A DNA stretch of 64,000 nucleotides, taken from NCBI GenBank assembly GCA_002189035.1, contig NEEC01000014.1, positions 1,488,001-1,552,000 on the forward strand. Direction: 5' to 3'. The notes beneath the pieces were generated by a model that saw nothing but the letters and a program-made list of their open reading frames with translations, did not search any database and had not been told where the DNA came from. Source of the stretch: Utricularia gibba (taxonomy: Eukaryota > Plantae > Magnoliophyta). Each line of letters opens with the position of its first letter. Position 1 is the first letter of the stretch. Both the position numbers and the translations under genes were made by a program. Shown here one piece after another: positions 55,006 through 64,000 of the stretch.

Positions 55006-55337
55006 AGATAAAAAAACGACGACAAGAGTAGAGTGAAAAGATCTGAATGCCCAAGTGATGGGGGAGAAGGGAAGAGGACAAGAGTCGTGGAGAGGAAGGA
55101 ACCTCCGACAGGATTTAGAAAAGATAAATTATTTCTCGGAAAACGATCAGAAATATTTCGAGTAGTGATGCGGTGAAAGTGAAGCCCAAGTTGTGTGTGG
55201 TGGATTCCCCTTGTTGACTTGACTACGCTGCAATGGTCTTTCTCTCTTTATTTTCATTTTTTTTTAGAGAAGAGCGGGATTTTCTGGGGCATTGTTCCGA
55301 ACACTTGGGGGCGTTGTCACGAAGCTGAATAGTGAAG

Positions 55338-58300
55338 ATGGAGGAAAATCTCGAAGACGACCATCTGAGTTCGCTGCAAGCGCAGTTAGAATCTCTTCGA
55401 AGAAGAGTTCTAGTACTCCAATTCCATCATTAATCTTTTATGACTCTTTTTTCTTTCTCTACCTCTCTTTTTTGTTCATTTTCGGATTGTCTGAAACTGC
55501 AGGAGTTGGAGGCAGGGAATGCTAAACTCACCCAACAGTTACACTGTTGCACCTGCGACAAGGTTAGCACTATTCCTTGATCGGTTTTCATTGGGGTTGC
55601 CTCTTTGTGGGTTCAGTTCAAGTCCCTTCACTGCATGTATTCTCTGTTATATAGAGTCTAAAGAGTGATGCGTTAAATGGAATCCATCCAATTACGGAGG
55701 GTCTGGAATTAGATGAATCTGGGGCGAAAATGGCATCGAAGGAGTTGCTTCCAGGTTTCTTCCATACTACTTGGTAACTGTATCACAAAATTATAGCCAT
55801 CGTTGCAGATTTCACTATCATTCTTTTGTGCTATTTCAGAAAAGTGTAGTATTGCAGCCTCGGCAGGTAATTCACCTAGGAGATTTGTTGCTTTAAAGGT
55901 CATGTATTTTGGTTCCAGGTACTTGGGTGATTCATTTTTACATTGTTTACTTGTAAATTGATGGCAGATTTCGAATACTGGCATTTTATATTTATGCTGA
56001 TGCTGATCTGTGGGTTGCCTCTGCAGATTTTATGGTTTTGCTTCAGAGGCCCAGATGGATCCAACAGTGGAGGTGCACGTCTATTCATGTTTAGTGCACT
56101 CTGCATATTTTCACAACGCGGAAGCGCATCAACACCTTGTTCGGCACTAGAGTGCCATGGCCTATTTCTCTAGTTTATCACTGCAACTATCAGGATGTCT
56201 GTTGTGTCTGGTAAACAATAGTGATTTCCTGCAGTCTGAACTTTTTAGCGCCCTACGAAAGACCAGGTTAATATCTGGTGATAAGAAGGAACTGAATTAC
56301 TCACGATGTGGTCGAACGGACAAAGGGGTTTCTTCTGTTGGCCAAGTAAGTGCGTCATCCTCTCTGTTTAATGGTCTCAAATGGTAAATGAACATTTTTG
56401 CCTCCGCCTCAACTCATTTCTATGTACTGTATTGATTCTTTATCCAGTAGGTGGCCTTCCGTAGTGTGTCATAGAAAGAGTTAACTTTTTCATTTACTAC
56501 GTAATGAGAATTTGATGGAGAACTGAGTTGACTGCTTCAGGTGATCTCTTTGTTTCTGCGATCTAACTTCCGGGAAGCAGTTCAGAGCAATGAATGTTTT
56601 GGTATGCACCGAATAATAATTAAAAATAATCGATTTGTAACTGATCTGGTCGCTCTCTTCTTCTGATGAATGCCACTTGTCAGATGGAGAGATAGATTAT
56701 GTTAAGACATTAAACAGAGTTCTTCCCAAGGATATTCGAATCACAGGATGGTCACCTGCTCCAATCGATTTCAGTGCCAGGTATTGATTTAAGATAAATT
56801 AGGATTAAACGGTGCTCCACATTATGACCTGAATGGGTATTTTCAGGTTCAGTTGCGTGAGCAGGGAGTACAAGTACTTCTTTTGGAAAGGGAATTTAAA
56901 CATAATGGTGCGTATCTTTTAACTCCACTGTACTTTTGCAAATATTTACCTTTTTGAGGAAAACAGTAAATCCTTGAACATGCATGGCAGAATATGGAGA
57001 CTGCAGGAAATAAATTTATCGGTGAACATGACTTCAGAAACTTTTGTAAGATGGATGCAGCTAATGTCCAAAATTATAGGCGGCGCATTACATTGTTTGA
57101 AATCTTGCCATGCACTGAAAAGTATGGAAGTGATCTTGGCTCTGAATACTTTCCACTTAGGATTTTCTGTGCATTGCTTCTAGTTTTTGGTTCCTGGTAG
57201 ATTAAAACACTTTCTGTGCACTCATACAATCTGGAGAAATTTGGACTGACCTTTTGTCAACTTCAATAGATTTGAAGATGATCAGCTCTGGTAATAAAAA
57301 TTCGAGGGAGTGCTTTCCTTTGGCACCAGATTCGCTGTATGGCAGCCGTACTCTTTTTGATTGGCCAAGAGCTTGAGCTTCCTAATGTGCGTTAATACTC
57401 TCTCCCTGTTTCTCTTATTCCCCTTGCTGTTGGGAGTGGAATGTAGGATACGTATATGAAGGATGCGTGCTCTCTTACTGAAGAGCCAACTTCATGGTGA
57501 ATTTTGAAGTCATATCTTGTTCAAGCCGATTTTTTTCTGTGATAATGTCATGTGTCTTAAACAATCTCGATGGAGTTTAAGCATGCCTGTATACTCTAGG
57601 TGCATTTCTTGCAAACTTCCTTTGCATTCTAGTGTTATCCCAAATTGTACGTTTGCATCTTGAGTTGTTATGCAGTTGCAACCATCACAACCAGTATCCA
57701 TATTCCTTTGCTTGGATTGGTATTGGACCACTAGATTTACGGTGTCCTCATTGTGGTTCATCGGATTTGTGCATTTCTTGTGTTTTTAGCATCTTGCTAC
57801 AGAATAAGCATCCTCCGTTGGTTCTCATCCTAAATTTCAGGTGATTGATGAGCTGCTGGATATTGAAAAAACTCCAAGGAAACCACAGTACACAATGGCT
57901 TCAGAGACTCCCCTAGTTCTCCATTCATGTGAATTTGAAGGTCTAAGTTTTAAGTGTTCATCAGGTATCCAATCCGCTGCCTCCCCAGCCCTTCTCACTT
58001 GCCCATTTTTTAGACGTTGTAGTTGGTACATCCCATTCATTAGTTGTACACAAAGCCTGCTGTAGGGCATAGAAACCGGTTTGACTTTCTTGAATTTGCT
58101 CATTCTGCTTCTTGGTTCTACTACTGGTTGGATGCTGACCATGAAACCTTGATCCATATTTGTGTTTTTGCTTGTTTCAATCCATCTGGCTGTGATATGC
58201 AGGCGCTAGTCAAGCTCTTCACGCTCACCTGGAGAGGCAATGCCGTGATTATAAACTTCAAGGAGCTATCTTCCACGAGGCATTGTCAAATCCTTGTGCA

Positions 58301-58635
58301 ATTCTTCCCCACGGTACCTACACATTTGTTCCCTCTCCTTCTTTGTATTGGTTCTTACAGAAGCCGCAATTTGCAGAAAACCAGGAGCGAGTAAATAAGC
58401 AACCTCGTCACGTCCCTTTGCTTTCAAGACCAACCGAACGTAAGTTTCTGCACTCTTAGCTTCTCTGATTCATAGCGTCCATGTTCTCAGCACTCCAAGG
58501 AAGAAAAAAATGGGGGCATTTCTTTCAGCTTCATTCGACGAACGCCGTGCTAAACTGAGCGCCCGCGTCCGCGCCGGCAGCCGCGCCAGCGGCCTGGGAC
58601 ACCAAGACAAGCAAGTGGAAGCAGCAGTCTTGTGA
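55338..58635 (+). CDS. PUS3: tRNA pseudouridine(38/39) synthase, TruA/PUS3-like
   Basis: Coiled-coil N-terminus ([26 protein letters not shown]), [50 protein letters not shown] (catalytic Asp), [91 protein letters not shown] and [20 protein letters not shown]. 1-bp break at 57290-57291. Confidence 0.93.
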
Positions 58636-59353
58636 GCTTGCTTTTTGCAGCAATTCGAAAATTTTAGATTTTTATCTGATTTTGAAATAATAAAAATTGA
58701 TTTCTTCGATCTTGAAATAACAAGAATAAATAATAATATATTAAAAATTAATTATGTTATTTTGATTAATAATTGAAATTATTGATAATTTTAAATTAAA
58801 TAATGTGAAGTGCGTGATTTGGAGAACAGAATATGACCCGTTTCTGAAACAAAGTTGAACCGGTTTATTGAAAGAACATTTTAGTGAGGAATTTGACCCC
58901 TCCGATTTTCCCGGGCTTTTGCCATTGGCCGTTAGATCAAGACCCAGTCCCTGCGGAATCGCCATCTTCTGGAAAGGCAACGGACGGCATATCTTCCTTC
59001 TCATCGGGAATAAACTCCTCTCTTCCTATGGAATCCAGACATTTCCTCTTGAGGCGTAAAGCAACTAAACTGCGTTGAAGATCTTTGTAATCTCCGTTTT
59101 GGCTGAGCGGAAGTTGTCTCCCTTGATTATCTTCCGGTGAGTGATCGAGAGGTAGAATTCTATGGATTCGGGGTAATTCTGTTCATGATTTGTCTTAAAA
59201 TGAGTAATGAGGATATGTTGCAAACGATGTCGCCCCTATGGTTAATTTCATTGATGTTGCAAGGTCTTTTTGTTGAGAATCCGTGAATAGAGTGTAGAGT
59301 ATCTTCTCTTCTGGAGTACGGAGTGGGACGGACGTGTTCGATGGCAGAATCTC

Positions 59354-61730
59354 TTGGTGTTACTTCATGAAAAGTATCTATATGCGTCAAAAAGGGCTAA
59401 TCCATCATCTTTATCTCCTCTCCTGACCTCATTGATGCCCGTTTCTCCGATGTCTTCTAATGGGAAGCATAGCCAGTTAAGCCCCTCAAGAATCAGAAGC
59501 TTTCCCATTTTCAGAGGGATGGTCATCCCAAGAAAGGTATGCTCTTTGAATTGGAGTTGAAGTTGGAATGGTTTTAAAAAAAGGATTAATTGAAAACGAG
59601 CCCCAGGCTGTTCAATTTTGCACATGTGGGTGAATCACCATGTTGGTTTCTTGTTTTCTTAAGTTCATATCCTTCTGTTTCTGATGAAGTCTGATAGATT
59701 CGATATGGTTTCATAAAGTTTAAATTTTCTTCAACGTAGACGGATGTGGCACACCGGGAGACTCTGAACTCAGCATGGAAGATGGTTATGTAGATGATCC
59801 GAATTACAATGGTGATAAGGTGGCGCAATTTCATCTTGGTTTTTCCGTAATAAGCTTGTTGTAGCATTATATTGCCGTTGCTCAGGATACTCTATTGCTG
59901 AAACCAGTTTGTATTTTCTCAGGAGGAGTTGATGTCTTCCACTGGAAGTGACAAGAAGTTCGAAGAATTCAAAAAGAAAAATGCAGTCATTGTGGAAGAG
60001 TATTTTGCAAACGATGATATTGTCTCAACTGCCAATGAGCTCAGAGAACTTGGAATGCCGTGCTACAATTACTACTTTGTTAAGAAGCTCGTTTCCATTG
60101 CTATGGATCGAAGAGATAAAGAAAAAGAAATGGCTGCAGTTCTATTATCCTCTTTATATGGTGATGTTATTTCTGCACCTCAAGTCTACAAAGGCTTCCA
60201 AAAATTGGTTGAATCTGCTGATGACTTTGCAGTCGACATTCCAAATGCAATAGATGTTCTTGCTTTGTTCATTGCACGAGCAGTTGTAGATGATATACTT
60301 CCTCCATCATTCTTGACCAAAACGATGGCCTATTTGGGTAAAAATTCCAAGGGTGTTGATGTAATCAAGAAGGTTGAAAAATGCTTCTTGTCCGCTCCAT
60401 TACATGCTGAAACCATAGAACGCTGCTGGGGTGGCAGTAAGAATAAGACAGTCGAAGATCTGAAGCACCAGATAAATGATCTTTTGGTCGAGTATACTGT
60501 GAGTGGAGATGCAAAAGAGGTATGTAGATGCATCAAGGATCTAAATGTTCCTCATTTCCATCATGAGATAGTCAAGAGGGCTATTGTGATGGCCATGGAA
60601 AAGCGTCAAGCTCAGAGCAGACTTCTTGAGTTGCTTAAAAGGGCGTCTGAAGTAGGGCTCATAAACTCAAGCCAAATGTCGAAGGGATTTGGCCGGATCA
60701 TCGATTCTGTGGATGACTTATCACTGGACATACCAAATGCGAACGTTCTATTGCAGTCTTTGATTTCCAAAGCAGCATCCGATGGCTGGCTCTCTGCTTC
60801 ATCTCTGAAGTCACTTTCATTGCATCCTCGAAACCGAGCTGTTGATGAAGACAAAGTTAAAGCTTTCAAGAGGAAAGCAGAATCCATAATCCGTGAGTAC
60901 TTCCTCTCTGGTGACATCTCAGAGGTCAGTTGCTGCTTAGAGTTCGAAAACAACCACTCCTTATCACAGCTAAACGCCATTTTTGTGAAGAGACTGATCA
61001 CCCTAGCCATGGATAGAAAGAACAGGGTAAAAGAAATGGCTTCTGTCTTATTATCCTCTCTGTGTTTCCCTCAGATGATGTAGTTTCAGGCTTCATTCTG
61101 CTAATAGAATCAGCAGAGGACACAGCTCTCGATAACCCCATTGTCGTAGAAGATCTTGCAATGTTTATAGCCAGAGCAGAGGTAGACGAAGTCTTGACAC
61201 CAAAGGATTTGGAAGAAATAGGCAGCCACTTCCCCGGGCCAGGTTCCATCGGTGACAGAGTGATCCAAATGGCAATGTCTTTGCTCAAGGCTCGTCTCTC
61301 CGGTGAGCGTATCCTGAGGTGTTGGGGTGGAGCCGGAAGCTACCAAAACCAGTTGGCGATTGAGGATGTTAAGGATAAGATTGGGCGGCTGTTGGCCGAA
61401 TTCAATGCCGGTGGCGATACCAGAGAGGCCTGCCGGTGCATCAAGGAGCTGGGGATGCCATTCTTCCACCATGAAGTAGTCAAGAAGTGTTTGGTGACGC
61501 TGATGGAGAACAAGAATGAGAGACTTTGGAGACTGTTGGATCATTGCTTTGAGATGCAGCTCATAACCATGAGCCAGATGGCTAAAGGGTTCGCCAGATT
61601 GGCTGAATCTCTCGATGACTTGGCTCTTGATGTGCCTGATGCAAAGAAACAGTTCCAGTTTCTAGTTCAGAAGGCCAAGGCTGACTCATGGCTAGATGCT
61701 TCTTTCACTGCAGAACAAGTGCAAGTTTGA
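59354..61730 (+). CDS. MA3-domain translation regulatory factor (MRF / PDCD4-like, four MA3 domains)
   Basis: FEEFKKKNAVIVEEYFANDDIVS, YYFVKKLVSIAMDRRDKEKEMAAVLLSSLY, GFQKLVESADDFAVDIPNAIDVLALFIARAVVDDILPPSFL, PHFHHEIVKRA, LARLSGERILRCWGG and PFFHHEVVKK. The start codon is unresolved (5' coordinate approximate). 1-bp breaks at ~59482-59485 and 61065-61070. Confidence 0.92.
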
Positions 61731-62805
61731 GTGCAGCAGCAAGAGGAAGAAGACACCACCAGAAATCCCCCCAACTTTTTATGGTGCTTCATTACATACC
61801 AAATGTATACATACTTCAAGTTACATCTGTCATGGATCAACTGCTACCAAAGCTGTGGTTTGAGAAAAGCCAAGAACGCACTACATAGTGCAATGAACTA
61901 AAAAAAAATCTTATTGGTTTGAAATTTAATGATGATATTCCGTATTGATTATAGATGGAATAAGAAAATATGTCTTTAATTAAATGAATCTATTTTTCTT
62001 AAAATAAGAAATGTAAAATTATGATAATTGAAGGTTCAAAATAAACAATATAAAAAAAGTATGAATCATGATATTTGATCTATATGTAATTTTATTTATT
62101 TATTTATTTGAGGTAAATCCATAGTTTCATTAAATTGAGTTGTAATAAAGTATTAAGGTTTCCTAATTTTGATCTAATATAAATATTTCAACTTGCTTTG
62201 TGAGAAATGTGGTCAATTTTGATCAGGCACGATTAGCTCCATTTCAAATTTAATTCCAAGGAAGATTTGGTAAGCTAGAAAAGATGCTGTTTATGGGGTA
62301 TTGAATTGCATTGAATAAAAATATATAATCAGTGTTTTAAATAATTTAAAAAAACGACCATTCATTTTCACCAAAATTTTAAATATTATAAAAATTAATA
62401 TTGTAATTTTAAGAAAATTCTTTTCTGAATAACAGTTAAAAAGAAAAGAAAAATACGGAAATAATACTTCGGAGCCCTAATCGGTTGGGGATGTGGAATT
62501 GGGCTTCAAATGTGTGTGTATTTTGAAGCTTGAGGATTGAAGTCCATTTTTTCTAGACCTTAAAAGCTGGGCTATTCCAGGAAGGATCCTGAATTGAGAC
62601 CTGCCCATTCTCCTTCCCACGGAATAAATCAACGTGGCTGCGTAGGTCATCCATCCATCATCATCGTTTTGCTGCTGCTGCCGATATTACGATCCTGTCC
62701 GACCAGATTCTCACCGTTTTCTCGTTCTTGATTGTTTCCGATTGCTATCTGAATTTGTGTGGCGTTGCGCCGCTTTTGGTGAGAATTGGGAAGAGTGAAC
62801 CTTGA

Positions 62806-62807
<2 letters not shown>

Positions 62808-62837
<30 letters not shown>
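62808..62837 (+). repeat. Poly-T tract (~30 nt) in the eIF5B 5'-UTR intron
   Basis: Direct reading; lies between a donor at ~62778 and the acceptor TTCCAG at ~62896. Confidence 0.85.
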
Positions 62838-62840
<3 letters not shown>

Positions 62841-62952
62841 ATGGATGCGTCGTGTTTTATTTGATTTGTTTATTATTTTGGGGGTTTTTGGTTCCAGGGA
62901 CTGGCTTGATTGAAACTGGGTCTTGAAGCAGTCGTTAGTTGATTGTAGCCTC

Positions 62953-64000
62953 ATGGGACGAAAGAAGCCGACTGCTCGTGATGAGGATGACGGCCAGCCG
63001 GTTGCGGCCACAACTGGTAAAGCTAAAAAGAAGGGATACGTAGTTACTGATGATGAGTATTCTATTGGAAATGAGATTTTGGATGATAATTCTGCTCGTG
63101 AGGATGATAGTATGGCACCAACAAGTAACAAAAAGAAGGGAAAAAAGGGGGCCCGAAGAAGGCTGAGTTAAGGGATGAGGATGTGTTGCTAAATGAGGCA
63201 GGGGAAGCAGAAGAGGAAGACGATGCCCCTGTTATTAGTTTTGCAGGCAAGAAGAAGTCCAAGGATAAGAAGAGTGGGAAAGGTAGTAGTGTTTTCGCCT
63301 CTTCTAACTTTGACTTGTTAGGAGAAGATGAGGAAGAAAAAGGAGATGTTGGCGAGATGGAGAAAAATGCCGATGATAATGAAGAACAAGATACTTCGGT
63401 GGTTGAGTTTCATGGGAAAAAGAAGCCTTCAAAGAGTAAGAGGAAAAATGCTGAGTCTATATCTTCTTTTAACTTACTTGAAGAGGAAGATCAAGAAATT
63501 AAGAGTCTGAAAGATGGGATTTCTGAAGAGGAAGAAGAGGATTTTAGGATTGCCTTTACTGGTAAAAAGAAGAAGAAGCAAAAGAAGCCCTCTGGAAATT
63601 CATTCAGTGTGGCTCTCCTAGAGCCGGACAATACTGACGATGATTCACTTTCACAACCCGGAAGTAATTCAAAAGTGGTTTTTGATTTGGAACATGAAGA
63701 AGAGGATACAGAAATTAACTTCACAGGTAAAAAGAAGCCATCTCGAAAGAAAAGCATTGTTCCAGAAAGTACCCTAGATGCTGATGCTGCTGATCCCCAA
63801 CTAATTTTATTGAACCTGATCAACATGTGGATGACTCTAAAGTTCAAGGCCAGGTTGTTGATGCTGCTGCAGTTACATCAAAGAACAAAAAGAAGAAAAA
63901 GAAGGGTGGAAAGCCTGGTCCAGAAGATGATGACCTTGACAAAATTCTTGCTGAAATTGATGGACCCCAACGAATGTTAAAGGATATCCCTGATCCAGTT
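62953..64000 (+). CDS. eIF5B: Eukaryotic translation initiation factor 5B, N-terminal charged region (runs off the window end)
   Basis: MGRKKPTARDEDD..GKAKKKGYVVTDDEYSIGNE, repeated ISF/IAFxGKKK motifs, ASSNFDLL and EDDDLDKILAEI, typical of the plant eIF5B N-terminus. The GTPase domain lies outside the window. 1-bp breaks at ~63147-63151 and ~63795-63798. Confidence 0.85.

Overview
Eukaryotic, intron-rich plant nuclear DNA. The protein families are consistent with a eudicot with a compact genome, about 19 genes in 64 kb; the species cannot be determined from the sequence. Genes in order: ISPD/MCT (3' part), RS31-type SR splicing factor, At1g61900-like GPI-anchored protein, GUX/PGSIP GT8 glucuronosyltransferase, MIC1/RMC1 with its CHCH-type upstream ORF, CCDC130/YJU2B, SmD1, PFP alpha subunit, ARID-Hsp20 protein, an unassigned ~53-56 aa hydrophobic microprotein, tonoplast sugar transporter TMT2/TST2, SelK-like protein, NIN-like protein, RPL30, SERK, membrane-bound NAC017-type factor, PUS3-type pseudouridine synthase, MA3-domain MRF/PDCD4-like protein and the 5' end of eIF5B. 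About ten reading-frame breaks fall at short homopolymers and are repaired by adding one base, so they look like long-read consensus errors rather than pseudogenes. There are no rRNA, tRNA or CRISPR features and no autonomous transposon; two small MITE-like inverted-repeat elements are present. The most unusual observations are: a decayed copy of RS31 exon 1 plus proximal intron 1 inside the 5'-UTR intron of the neighbouring gene; an upstream exon that splices in frame onto the NLP start; an unassigned microprotein with duplicated splice acceptors; a candidate spliced uORF ahead of TMT2; and sharp GC3 spikes in the last exons of several genes. No clearly new multi-gene system is evident. Gene identities come from recall of protein families, not from database searches, and splice sites were read by hand.
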